Source of the DNA: Halobacteriales archaeon QH_6_64_20
GTDB lineage: Archaea > Halobacteriota > Halobacteria > Halobacteriales > Halococcaceae
Assembly (NCBI GenBank): GCA_003021235.1
Contig: PXQR01000102.1
Coordinates: 2,051-66,050 of the forward strand
Length of the DNA stretch: 64,000 nucleotides
Reading direction: 5' to 3'
Shown here: positions 45,325-55,420 of the stretch, piece by piece
Layout of the letters: each line of letters begins with the position of its first letter
Position numbering within the stretch: the first letter of the stretch is position 1
Position numbers and translations under genes: made by a program
Notes under the pieces: model-generated
Seen by the model: the letters and a program-made list of their open reading frames with translations, nothing else
Databases searched by the model: none
What the model was told of the DNA's origin: nothing

Positions 45325-46691
45325 GCCGATATCCCGGCGACCGTGAGGACGAGCACGAGACCGATCCCGACCCCTTCGTCGGGATCGACGAGGGCGAGGA
45401 AGTGGGTGCTCCCGATATCGCCGCCGCACGCGATCGGGTGGTTACGACCCTCATCGAGTTCACCAGGGAATTGGAGCGCGCCGGCGTCGAGGTGCCCGCG
45501 AACGCGAGTGTCGAGGCCGCGAGGGCGCTCGTCGAAGTCGGGTTCGGGAGCAAAGCACGCGTCCGCACCGCGCTCAAAGCGACACTCGTTTCCCGGCGAG
45601 CGGACCTCGGGACGTTCGATCGGCTGTTCGAGGTCTTATGGCGACGACTGACCGACCATCTCAGCGGCATCGATAGCGACGGCGAGGACCGCCGGGAGAA
45701 CGTCGGCGGGTTCGCCTCGATCGGCGCGGACCCCGATTCCGATTCCGAAGCGGCTGTCGAGACGGTAAGCGACCCCGACGAGGGCGACTCGCGCGCGGCG
45801 AGCGCGAACTGGCGGCCCGCGACGGGCCGGGCCGACGAGGAAAGCGAGGACGAGGACGACCCGATCCGAACGGCCCGTTACAGTCCGACGGGCCGTTCTG
45901 AGCGCCTGTCGATGCCGGCGGCGGCGCTCACGGACGGCGATCCGCTCGACCGGACGATGGAACGACTGACACGAGGACTCGCGTCGATCGGCGGGCGACG
46001 CTGGCAGGCGGGCGGGGGCGACCGCGCGGACGCCCGGCGGGCGCTACGCCGGAGTTTCGGCACCGGGGGAACGGTCGTTTCGATCCCCCGCCGCGAGCGG
46101 ACGGAGACGATCGTTCGCTGTGTTCTGCTCGTCGACGTAAGCCGGTCAGTGCTCGATACGATCGATCGGGCCTTCCTGATCCGGTTCCTCCGGGCGGCGA
46201 CGGCCGAATGGCAGGGGGCCCGGACTTTCCTGTTCGATACGAGCGTTCGGGAGGTCTCGGGGGAACTCGCCGCGCCGTCGCCCCACGCGACGGTCGAGGC
46301 CTTCCGTCGCGCCGAAACCGAGTGGGGCGGCGGTACGCGGATCGCGAACGCGATCGAGAGGATTCGCCGCGCACATCCGGACGCGATCGACCGCACGACG
46401 ACCGTCTTCGTGATCAGCGACGGGCTCGAAACCGGCGAGGTCGACGCGCTCGAAGCGGGCATGAGCTGGCTCTCCCGGCGGGCGCGAGCCGTCCTCTGGG
46501 CGAACCCGCTCGCGGGCGCGCCGGAGTACGAACCGACGTGCCGGGGAATGGCGGTCTCGGTGCCCTACGTCGACGGCCTGTTCGCCTTCGGCGGTCCCGA
46601 CGACCTCGAAGAGATCGCCCGGCAACTCGAACGACGAGGTACGAACTCGATCGGCTACGAACACGATCCACGCCGGCGCGCGCGAGAGTGA
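45321..46691 (+). CDS. coxE: VWA-domain protein (CoxE-like)
   Basis: ATG 45321 overlaps the coxD stop (ATGA). The C-terminal VWA domain carries the MIDAS motif LLVDVSRSV. Confidence 0.85.
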   Translation: MSRYPGDREDEHETDPDPFVGIDEGEEVGAPDIAAARDRVVTTLIEFTRELERAGVEVPANASVEAARALVEVGFGSKARVRTALKATLVSRRADLGTFDRLFEVLWRRLTDHLSGIDSDGEDRRENVGGFASIGADPDSDSEAAVETVSDPDEGDSRAASANWRPATGRADEESEDEDDPIRTARYSPTGRSERLSMPAAALTDGDPLDRTMERLTRGLASIGGRRWQAGGGDRADARRALRRSFGTGGTVVSIPRRERTETIVRCVLLVDVSRSVLDTIDRAFLIRFLRAATAEWQGARTFLFDTSVREVSGELAAPSPHATVEAFRRAETEWGGGTRIANAIERIRRAHPDAIDRTTTVFVISDGLETGEVDALEAGMSWLSRRARAVLWANPLAGAPEYEPTCRGMAVSVPYVDGLFAFGGPDDLEEIARQLERRGTNSIGYEHDPRRRARE

Positions 46692-46865
46692 CCATCTCGT
46701 AGGAAATGACAGAAGTCTTCATACTTTCTGACGCGGCGGCTCTCTGATCGATCGAAGATGGTGTATCGAATAGGGAGGATTCAGCAAGCAGTTTTAGAAA
46801 CCCACCCGGAGTGAAAGAACGTGTTCAGCCTGCGGGGCATATGGTCTGATGGAATCTATCCACAC

Positions 46866-47732
46866 TCACGGTTTCGTCCCCGCGACCGTGAACAGCGTTA
46901 GCGACGCGAAAAACGCGTCATTCGCGTCGGCCTGTTTCAACGCCTCGTACCATTTCCGGGCGTCGGGGTTCCCGTCCGGAGCGTGCTCTCGGACGGTCTC
47001 GACCCGTCCAGCGAGACCGAGAACGCTTTCGGCCGTCTCCATGTCGGTGAACGCCAGCACGCCCGTGTCGAGTTCCACGTCGGTGAGGCCGGCGTCAGCC
47101 ATCCGGCCCCGAAGCCGTCGTCCGACCCGTCCGTGTCGAACGCATGCCCACTTCGGGTCGAGGATCGATCTGGTGACTTCCGAGTCGATCCCCGGGGCGG
47201 TCACGACGAGGCTCCCCCAATCCGGTTCCGTGACGACGACCCGGCCACTGGACCGCGTCACGCGAACCAGTTCCCCGAACGCCGCCCGAGGATCAGCCAG
47301 GTGTTGGAGGACACGATCCGCTCGAACACCGTCGAACGTGTCGGTATCGAAGCTCAGCGCGTGAGCATCAGCGGGTATAAACGTCGCTGCCGAAACATCG
47401 GTGCGGTTCCGGGCTTCCTCGATCATCGCCACGCTGTTGTCCACGCCGACGACCGAGGCGGTCGCGCCGACCGAATCGCCGAGAGCACGAGTGTCGTCGC
47501 CGTTTCCACAGCCGACATCGAGAAGCCGATCCCCCGCGGTCGATCGTAACAGGTGGCGACTGCGCTCTTTGATCGCCTGCGTGGCTGCGAGCCCCGTCAC
47601 CCGATCCAGGTACGATTGAAAGGCGGCGGTGTCAGCTGCCGCATCGATGTCGTCCCACCGGGTGGTGGAGACCTCTTCGTTCACGGAGTTGCTTCGGTCA
47701 TCCAGATAAATAGCTCTTAGCGGACCGTTCAC
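46866..47732 (-). CDS. class I SAM-dependent methyltransferase
   Basis: LLDVGCGNGDD motif I and VRADRVLQHL. It is antisense to the surrounding cox genes and is flanked by spacers that look less GC-rich. Confidence 0.8.
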   Translation of the reverse strand: MNGPLRAIYLDDRSNSVNEEVSTTRWDDIDAAADTAAFQSYLDRVTGLAATQAIKERSRHLLRSTAGDRLLDVGCGNGDDTRALGDSVGATASVVGVDNSVAMIEEARNRTDVSAATFIPADAHALSFDTDTFDGVRADRVLQHLADPRAAFGELVRVTRSSGRVVVTEPDWGSLVVTAPGIDSEVTRSILDPKWACVRHGRVGRRLRGRMADAGLTDVELDTGVLAFTDMETAESVLGLAGRVETVREHAPDGNPDARKWYEALKQADANDAFFASLTLFTVAGTKP

Positions 47733-47972
47733 CGGTGAACGGTCTACCTCGACCGGCTCCGAAGAGTACCGACGCGAAACTACGGATCGCTTTGCTACTG
47801 CTTATCAGTAATTGGACGGCGATCGATCGCTCGTCTCCCGGCGAATTCGGCTCCGACCCGCTCGCGTCGGATCGTTAGGACCTCCCCGACTAAGTGCGTC
47901 CGAATAGCGACGTAACTGAAATAGGTTTCGCCGCGAAAGGACTATTAGTTTCTGTCGAGTGATACCTAGAGT

Positions 47973-49205
47973 ATGAGCGAGAGCGACTGGAGCGTCCCGG
48001 AAGCGACCGTGATGAGCACGGCCCGCGAAGTCGTCGAGAGCGAACGGCACGCGGTACTGGCGACGGTCGTCAGCGTCGAGGGAAGCGCCTACCGGCGGCC
48101 GGGCGCGAAGATGGTCGTCGCGGCCGACGGCGAAGGGGTCGGCTCGATCACCGCGGGGTGTCTCGAAGACGAGGTGATCGCGCTCGCCCGCGAGGTGGCC
48201 GAAACCGGCCAAGCACGCGTCGAGACCTACGACCTGACTGCCGACGGCGACGTCTGGGGGCTCGGCGTCGGGTGCAACGGCGTGATCGACGTGTTGCTCG
48301 AACCGCTCGACGCGGGCTATCGCCCGGCGATCGAGGCGTTCGAATCCGGCGGGGAACTCGCCGTCTGTACCGTCCTCGACAGCGACGGTAACGGTGACAG
48401 CGATAGCGATGACGACGGCGACGCGGATCTCGCGATCGGCGACCGGATTTTCTACGACGGCACTGAAGGCGCCTTCTCGGCCGCGTGGCCCGCCGAACTA
48501 CGCGAGGAACTCCGCGAACCGGCGGCGAGCGCGGCCGAAAGCGGCGATTCACACGCGTTCACCGTCGAGATGGACGGAGAGAGCGTTCGCGTGTTCGTCG
48601 ATGGCGTGTCGACCCCGCCGGAACTCGTGGTGTTCGGGACCGGCCACGACATCGGCCCGCTCGTCGACCTCGCGACGAAGAGCGACTTTCGGGTCACCGT
48701 ACTGGGCTTTCGCGGGGCGACCGCGACCGAAGAACGGTTCCCGAACGCCGATGCGGTTCGCTCGACGTCGCCGGCTGACCTGGGCGATGCCTACGAGTTC
48801 GACGAGAACACCTACACCGTGGTGATGAGCCACAACTTCATCGACGACCGCCTCGCGCTCGAAGAGCTCCTCGAAACCGATGTCCCGTACATCGGCCTGC
48901 TGGGACCCCGGAAACGCTTCGAGGAGATGCGAGAGGAGTTCGCCGCCGAGGACCGGACGTTCACACCCGCCGAACGCGAACGGATCTACACGCCGATCGG
49001 TCTCGACCTGGGGAGCGAGAGCCCCTACGAGATCGCTCACAGCATCGTCGCCGAACTGCTGGCGGTTCACAACGACCGCGAACCGGACCACCTCAGCGCT
49101 CGTGAGGGTCCGATTCACGACCGGGAACCCCTCGCCGGAACCGGCACAGAAGCGGAGGCGGAGACGGACGCGGAGCCGGGAGCGGGAACCGGATCGACCG
49201 ACTGA
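47973..49205 (+). CDS. xdhC: XdhC/CoxI-family molybdoenzyme maturation protein
   Basis: AVLATVVSVEGSAYRRPGAKM...GSITAGCLEDEV and the Rossmann-like VVFGTGHDIGPLV. There is an acidic insertion and tail. Confidence 0.85.
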   Translation: MSESDWSVPEATVMSTAREVVESERHAVLATVVSVEGSAYRRPGAKMVVAADGEGVGSITAGCLEDEVIALAREVAETGQARVETYDLTADGDVWGLGVGCNGVIDVLLEPLDAGYRPAIEAFESGGELAVCTVLDSDGNGDSDSDDDGDADLAIGDRIFYDGTEGAFSAAWPAELREELREPAASAAESGDSHAFTVEMDGESVRVFVDGVSTPPELVVFGTGHDIGPLVDLATKSDFRVTVLGFRGATATEERFPNADAVRSTSPADLGDAYEFDENTYTVVMSHNFIDDRLALEELLETDVPYIGLLGPRKRFEEMREEFAAEDRTFTPAERERIYTPIGLDLGSESPYEIAHSIVAELLAVHNDREPDHLSAREGPIHDREPLAGTGTEAEAETDAEPGAGTGSTD

Positions 49206-49250
49206 ATCGGATCCGGCGGACCGAATCGAACCGCCCTCCAGGCCGTTCGA

Positions 49251-50012
49251 TCACTCGACGGCTTCGAGGTCGGCTCGCGTGTCGACGTCGCGGACGACGC
49301 CGGGATCGCCGGTCTCGACGAGCGCCGCCCGCTCGCTTTCGAGGAGAATCGAGCGACCGCCGGTGTCCCCCGAGACGTCACGCAGCGCCTCGAAATACCG
49401 CGCGTCGAAGCATACCGGATTCCCGCGCCGACCCCCGTAGGCCGCCGCGAGCGCGTCCCCGGCGTCCGCGCGATACGCTTCGATCAGCGCGTCGATCGTC
49501 GATGCGTCGACGGCGGGCATGTCCCCGAGCGCGATCACGACCGCGCTCGCCCCGCGCTCGTCGGCCACGCCCACCCCTGTTCGAACCGAGGTCGCTTGTC
49601 CGCGCTCGTAGTCGTCGTTTCGCACGACATCGACGTCGAGGCCGTCGAGCGCCCCTCGTACGCGCCCCGCCTCGTGACCGAGCACGACGACGACTCGATC
49701 GACGGCAGCGTCGAGAACTGTCATCGCTGCCCGTCGGACGATCGCCTCGCCGTTAACCGTGGCGAGAAGCTTGTTCGCCGCCCCGTATCGGGAACTCGTC
49801 CCGGCCGCGAGCACGACGCCGACGATCGATCCCTCCCGTGGGCGCTCCCGATCGCGCGACCTGGACGCGAGATCGGCCGGCTCGATCACCGGGAGTTCGC
49901 TCGTCGCTTCCGTCCGCTTCGCTGATCCCGTCGATTCTGTCGATTCCGCGTTCTCGCTCGGTGTCCGGTTCGCTTGCTCGGAGTCGTCGGCATCGGCCTC
50001 CGGGTCGCTCAT
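49251..50012 (-). CDS. MobA/MocA-like molybdenum cofactor nucleotidyltransferase
   Basis: After an acidic N-terminus: VGVVLAAGTSSRYGAANKLL...GQATSVRTGV...VIALGDMP. Confidence 0.8.
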   Translation of the reverse strand: MSDPEADADDSEQANRTPSENAESTESTGSAKRTEATSELPVIEPADLASRSRDRERPREGSIVGVVLAAGTSSRYGAANKLLATVNGEAIVRRAAMTVLDAAVDRVVVVLGHEAGRVRGALDGLDVDVVRNDDYERGQATSVRTGVGVADERGASAVVIALGDMPAVDASTIDALIEAYRADAGDALAAAYGGRRGNPVCFDARYFEALRDVSGDTGGRSILLESERAALVETGDPGVVRDVDTRADLEAVE

Positions 50013-51352
50013 TCGAGCGCCGTATACGGAACCACCGATACTGTCTCGTCCCGTTCGACGCCGGACTCGGTCAGGAAGAAGCCGTCCGCCCGCGTCGCGC
50101 GCGTACTCGAGGAGAGCACGCTCGGATCGAACCGCTCGTCGTAGACCGAGAGCGGCGAGTCGACGTGTCCGAGCGGCATGACCTCGATTCCGTTACCGAC
50201 ACCGCTACGATCGCCGCCGTCACTGTTCGCGTCGCTGTCGTTTCGCACTGTCACCGGAACGGCGTACTCGAAGCCCTCCGGCCCGATTTCGACCTTTCGG
50301 GCGAGCGTCGCCTCGATCGTCGGCGTCGGGGTCTCAGTGCCGTCCCCGGTGAAAAACGGTCGCATGACGAGCGTCGCGATCGTGTGTGCGCCGACGGGCT
50401 TGCCGGGGATCGCAAACGCCACCGCGTCGTGATCGGGGAGGCGGGCGGCGGCGATCGGCTTCCCGGGCCGGATCAACACTCGATGAAAGACGATCTCGCC
50501 GAGGTCGGCAAGCGCGCGGAGCACGTAGTCCTTCTTCCCGACGCTCGTCCCCCCGGTCGTGATCACGACGTCGTACGTACCCGCCAGGTCGGAAATCCGG
50601 TCTTCGACGGCTCCTCTCTCGTCCGGGACGCTTCCCTCGTAGGTCGCCGCGCCGCCCCACGAGTCGACGAGCCCGCAGAGCATCGGCGAGTCGAAGTCGG
50701 CCTGGGTACCTTCGTGGATCTCGGTGCCGGTCGCAAGCACCCCGGCGCTCGAACGCTCGTAGACCGGGACGTCCTCGACCCCGAGGTCCCGGAGCAAGAT
50801 CGCGTCCTTCGGCGAGAGGCGCTCGCCCCGCTCGAAGAGCGTCTCGCCCGCGGCGACGTTGCTTCCCTGCCGGTAGACGTAGGTCCCCGGCTCGATCTCG
50901 GTGCCCCGGAGCTCCCCGTCCCCGATCGTCGCTTCCTCGCGCTTGAGAACGGCGTTCGCTCCGGTGGGAAGCGGCGCGCCCGTGGCGATCTCGACCGCCT
51001 CGTCGGCCCTGATTTCGGGAGGGTCGTCCTCCGGGAACACCGCCGAGACGACCTCGAAGGGGTACTCGCCCGTCGCGTCGAACGCGAAGCCGTCCATCGT
51101 CGCACGGTCGTGAGCCGGACGGTCCTCCGAGGCAACGATCGCCTCGGCTAACACTCGTCCGCCGATCGCGGCCAACCCTGCCGTCTCGCTTCCCCGATCG
51201 GCGAGCACTGCCTCGCGGAGTTCGTCTACCCTGGCTACAGCGTCGGACCGTGTGAGATCGGTGTCGTAGTCATCGAAGTCGTAGCTGTCGGCGTCATTAC
51301 CGGTATCGCGGTCGTCGGTATCGTGGGTTCGGGCCTCGCGATCGCGGGTCAT
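50009..51352 (-). CDS. moeA: molybdopterin molybdenumtransferase MoeA
   Basis: ATMDGFAF, TGAPLPTGANAV and VVITTGGTSVGKKDY. Its stop overlaps the start of the mocA-like gene. Confidence 0.9.
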   Translation of the reverse strand: MTRDREARTHDTDDRDTGNDADSYDFDDYDTDLTRSDAVARVDELREAVLADRGSETAGLAAIGGRVLAEAIVASEDRPAHDRATMDGFAFDATGEYPFEVVSAVFPEDDPPEIRADEAVEIATGAPLPTGANAVLKREEATIGDGELRGTEIEPGTYVYRQGSNVAAGETLFERGERLSPKDAILLRDLGVEDVPVYERSSAGVLATGTEIHEGTQADFDSPMLCGLVDSWGGAATYEGSVPDERGAVEDRISDLAGTYDVVITTGGTSVGKKDYVLRALADLGEIVFHRVLIRPGKPIAAARLPDHDAVAFAIPGKPVGAHTIATLVMRPFFTGDGTETPTPTIEATLARKVEIGPEGFEYAVPVTVRNDSDANSDGGDRSGVGNGIEVMPLGHVDSPLSVYDERFDPSVLSSSTRATRADGFFLTESGVERDETVSVVPYTALE

Positions 51353-51554
51353 ACCGTCGGTTCGCCGGCCGTCGGAAAGTACCTTCGTGCCTGCCGGCGA
51401 CCATCACGTAGCAAAGCCTTTGTCGCCGGAGCACGACTGAAAGAACGAACATGCACGGGAGAGTCCCGAGCGGGCAACGCCCGCCATCGAACGGGTCCGA
51501 GACGCCGATCGTTTGTGCCGTCCGAGCGACGGCCGTCGCTGGAGGAACGCACTG

Positions 51555-53924
51555 ATGGCGGTCGAATCGGGCGACGCGAGCGAGGTCGAGGCGAGCGAAG
51601 CCGAGGAGGTAAGCGAAACCGACCTGCTCGGCGCACCGATCGAGCGCCGCGAGGACCGCGCGCTGATCACCGGCGACGCGGAGTTCACCGACGACATCCA
51701 GCGCTCCCGGACGGTGCATCTGGCGATCCACCGGAGTCGTCACGCCCACGCCCGGATCGAGGGGATCGACACCTCGGCGGCCGAAGACCGCGAGGACGTT
51801 CTCGGAGTCTATACCGCCGCCGACGTGGACGCGTCGGACGCGCCGGGACTGCTCCAGGCGGCGAACCCGCCGCACGCAAACGCTCCCGATCACCCCGTTC
51901 TCGCCGGGGAGACGGCCCGGTACCAGGGCGAGCCGATCGCCGCGGTCGTCGCGACCGATCGCTACGCTGCCCGCGACGCGAGCGAGGCGATCTCGGTCGA
52001 GTACGACCGCCTCGACGCGGCGGCCGACCCCGACGCGGCGCTGGCCGACGACGCCCCGACGATCCACGACGACAGCCCGGACAACGTGGGACTCGACTGG
52101 CAGGTCGGCGACGAGGAACGCGTGGACGACGCGTTCGACGAGGCGGCACACGTCACGGAACTCGATCTCGTGAACAACCGCGTGATCCCCGCGGCGATGG
52201 AACCGCGCGCCGCGATCGCCTCGTATCAGGGATCGACCGAGGAACTGACCGTCGAACTCACCTCCCAGAATCCACACAACCACCGCGATCGCCTGGCGGC
52301 CGCGCTGGATCATCCGTCGGGGAAGATCCGGGTTCGTGCGCCCGCGGTCGGCGGCGGGTTCGGCTCGAAGATCCACCACTACGCCGGCGAAACCTTGGCC
52401 GCGTGGACCGCGATGGAACTCGAACGACCGGTGAAATGGACTGCGACCCGGACCGAGGGATTCCTCGCGACCTCACACGGGCGCGATCACCGCTCGCAGG
52501 CGGCGCTCGCGTTCGACGACGACGGCGAGATTCAGGGAATGCGCGTCGATACCCGCGTGGGGCTCGGGGGCTATCTCTCGACCGTCGAGGCGGGGGTCGC
52601 CTCGAGCGACTACGCGAAGATGCTCTGCGGGCAGTACGACGTGCCCGAGATCGACGCGCAGGTCACGGGCGCCTTTACCAACACCGCGCCGGTCGACGCC
52701 TACCGCGGGGCCGGTCGCCCGGAGGCGTGTTTCGTGATCGAGCGCCTCATGGACGAAGCGGCTCGGGAGATGAACCTCGACCCGGCCGACCTCCGGCGTC
52801 GGAACTTCATCCCTTCCGAAGAGTTCCCGTTCGAGGTGCCGACGGGCCACGTCTACGATTCGGGCGACTACGAGAAATCGCTCGACGAAGCACTGGAGAC
52901 TCTCGACTACGACGCGCTCCGTGAGCGTCAGGCAGAACTCCGCGAGGAGGGCCGGTATCTCGGCATCGGCCTGTCGTGTTACGTCGAGGCCTGTGGCGTC
53001 GCGCCCGGCATGTTCGAGAGCGGGCTCGTTCGCTTCACGCCGTCGGGCGAGGTGATCGTCCAGTCGGGTACCCACTCACACGGTCAGGGCCACGAAACGA
53101 GCTACGCCCAGATCGCCGCGGCCCGTCTCGGCGTGCCCTACGAGGACATTACGGTCGTCGAGGGAGACACCGCGACGGTCCCCGAGGGAATGGGGACGTA
53201 CGGCTCCCGGAGCGGACCGGTCGGCGGCAGTGCGGTCTCGAAAAGCGCCGAGAAAACGATCGAACAGGCACGAACGATCGCCGCCCACCAGCTCGAAGCC
53301 GCCGTCGAGGACGTCGAGTTCGACGAAGGTGAGTTCTCGATCGCCGGCGCGCCCGATCGGGCCGTTGGCATCCAGGAGGTCGCCCAGTCGGCCTATGGAG
53401 GTCAGGATCTGCCCGAGGGAGCTGAACCGGGTATCGAAGCGACGACCTTCTTCGAGCCGGACAACTACACCTTCCCGTTCGGCACGCACGTCGCCGTGGT
53501 CGAAGTCGACCCCGAGTCGGGCGAAATCGCTTTCGAGCGGTATGTCGCGGTCGACGACGTGGGCGAGCGGATCAACCCGAAGATCGTCGAGGGCCAGATC
53601 CACGGCGGGGTCGCTCAGGGCCTCGGCCAGGCGCTGTACGAGAGTGCGGAGTACGACTCCAATGGCCAGCTGATGACCGGCTCGATGCAGGACTACGTGG
53701 TGCCGAGCGCCCAGCACATCCCGGAGATGGAGACCGGGGCGACGGTGACGCCCTCGCCGCACAACCCGCTGGGAGTGAAGGGAGCCGGCGAGGCAGGCAC
53801 TATCGCTTCGCCGCCAGCGGCCGTCAACGCGGTCTGCGATGCATTAGAGCCGTTCGGCGTCACGGACCTCGAAATGCCGATCACCCCCGAGAAGGTCTGG
53901 CAAGCAACAAGCGAGACCGAGTGA
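51555..53924 (+). CDS. second molybdopterin-binding large subunit (form-II CoxL-like), no adjacent S/M subunits
   Basis: From ATG 51555. Colinear with 40632..43109 throughout, including VDAYRGAGRPEA. Confidence 0.9.
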   Translation: MAVESGDASEVEASEAEEVSETDLLGAPIERREDRALITGDAEFTDDIQRSRTVHLAIHRSRHAHARIEGIDTSAAEDREDVLGVYTAADVDASDAPGLLQAANPPHANAPDHPVLAGETARYQGEPIAAVVATDRYAARDASEAISVEYDRLDAAADPDAALADDAPTIHDDSPDNVGLDWQVGDEERVDDAFDEAAHVTELDLVNNRVIPAAMEPRAAIASYQGSTEELTVELTSQNPHNHRDRLAAALDHPSGKIRVRAPAVGGGFGSKIHHYAGETLAAWTAMELERPVKWTATRTEGFLATSHGRDHRSQAALAFDDDGEIQGMRVDTRVGLGGYLSTVEAGVASSDYAKMLCGQYDVPEIDAQVTGAFTNTAPVDAYRGAGRPEACFVIERLMDEAAREMNLDPADLRRRNFIPSEEFPFEVPTGHVYDSGDYEKSLDEALETLDYDALRERQAELREEGRYLGIGLSCYVEACGVAPGMFESGLVRFTPSGEVIVQSGTHSHGQGHETSYAQIAAARLGVPYEDITVVEGDTATVPEGMGTYGSRSGPVGGSAVSKSAEKTIEQARTIAAHQLEAAVEDVEFDEGEFSIAGAPDRAVGIQEVAQSAYGGQDLPEGAEPGIEATTFFEPDNYTFPFGTHVAVVEVDPESGEIAFERYVAVDDVGERINPKIVEGQIHGGVAQGLGQALYESAEYDSNGQLMTGSMQDYVVPSAQHIPEMETGATVTPSPHNPLGVKGAGEAGTIASPPAAVNAVCDALEPFGVTDLEMPITPEKVWQATSETE

Positions 53925-54006
53925 CAATCGGGAAACGAAACTCGAATCGAAACGGTAAGCTGTCAAGCGAACCGCCGCTTGAAGCTCCTGTCCACACCGT
54001 CTCGCT

Positions 54007-55362
54007 TTAGATCACGCCGGTCGTCGTGCGCTCGAAGCGTTCGTACTCCCGGTTTTCGAGGATCGCTTCGAACGCTTCGACGGCAGCGCGGACGTCGGCG
54101 TACCGCGTGTACAGCGGCGAGGGACAGACCCTGACGACGTTCGGCGGGCGGTAATCGACGATCACGCCCCGTTCGCGTAGTGCCGTGCTGATCCGATCGG
54201 CCTCGTCGTGTTCGATCGCGACGTGTCCGCCCCGCCGCGCCGCCTCACGGGGCGTCCCGACCACACAACCGTGTTCGGCGAGACGCTCGTCGGCGAGGTC
54301 GATCAGGTGCGTCGTCAGACCGACCGACTTCTCGCGGATCGCGTCGATGCCGGCCGCCTCGATCGGATCGAGCGCACCGTCGAGGCCCGCAGCGGCCAAC
54401 AGCGGTGGCGTGCCGATCTGGTAGGCACCGGCCCCGGCGGCGGGCGTGAACCGCGAGTTCATATCGAACTGCGTCGCCTTCTCGTGGCCCCACCAGCCGG
54501 GGAGACTCGGGGTCCGTCCGAAGTGGCGTTCGTCGACGTACAGGCCGGCGAGCGCGCCCGGGCCGGCGTTCAGGTACTTGTACGAACACCAGACCGCGAA
54601 GTCCACGCCCCACGCCGAGAGGTCGTGGGGGACGACGCCGACCGAGTGGGCGAGGTCGAAGCCCGCGAGAACTCCGCGGTCGTGGGCCGCTTCGGTCAGG
54701 TACTCGATGTCGAGTAACTGGCCGCTACGATAGAGTACCGACGGGAAAAAGAGTATCTCCACTTCGTGGTCACTCCCTCCCCCGTCGCTCCCCTCGTCCA
54801 TCGCCCGCACGACGTCTGTTTCGTCGATCGTTCGGCCGTCGCGGCTCTCGACGACCCGGAGGTATTCGTCGGGATCGCACCCGGCGCGGCGAAGTTGGGC
54901 ACGGATCGCGTAGTGATCGGTCGGGAAGTCGAGTTCGTTCACCAGAACCGCTCCGTTACCCTCGTAAAAGGTGCCGATCAGGGTGTGGACGTTGGTCGTC
55001 GTGGAGTTCGCGACGACGACCGCCTCGGAGCGCGCGCCGAGCAGCGGGGCTAACCGATCGCCGAGGCGTTCACCATACCGGAACCACGGCGGGTCGGCTT
55101 CGTCCCATCCGCGGATCGCTAGCTCGCGCCACTCGCCCAGTACGCGCTCGATAGCGTCCGCGGCGTCCGTCGAAGGGAGTCCCAGGGAGTTACCGTCCAT
55201 GTAGTACTCGCCGTCGGGGAGTACGAATCGCTCGCGAAAGCCCGCGAGGGGGTCCTCGCGGTCTAGCCGCTCGGAACCGATCGGGCCACCAGTACCGTTC
55301 TCGCCGTCGCTTCCTTCGCCACTGTCCCCATCGCGATCGGTTTCCGGGCGATCGTCGCTCAC
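54007..55362 (-). CDS. kynU: kynureninase
   Basis: GTG 55362 (VSDDRPETD...). DPLAGFRERFVLP...YMDGNSLG, the PLP-Lys region CSYKYLNAGPGA, and LPGWWGH. Confidence 0.85.
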   Translation of the reverse strand: MSDDRPETDRDGDSGEGSDGENGTGGPIGSERLDREDPLAGFRERFVLPDGEYYMDGNSLGLPSTDAADAIERVLGEWRELAIRGWDEADPPWFRYGERLGDRLAPLLGARSEAVVVANSTTTNVHTLIGTFYEGNGAVLVNELDFPTDHYAIRAQLRRAGCDPDEYLRVVESRDGRTIDETDVVRAMDEGSDGGGSDHEVEILFFPSVLYRSGQLLDIEYLTEAAHDRGVLAGFDLAHSVGVVPHDLSAWGVDFAVWCSYKYLNAGPGALAGLYVDERHFGRTPSLPGWWGHEKATQFDMNSRFTPAAGAGAYQIGTPPLLAAAGLDGALDPIEAAGIDAIREKSVGLTTHLIDLADERLAEHGCVVGTPREAARRGGHVAIEHDEADRISTALRERGVIVDYRPPNVVRVCPSPLYTRYADVRAAVEAFEAILENREYERFERTTTGVI

Positions 55363-55420
55363 GTCACGGTAGCCGGGACCGATCGGGGAGTACTTTCCGC
55401 CCGCCCCGTTCTCAGGACGT

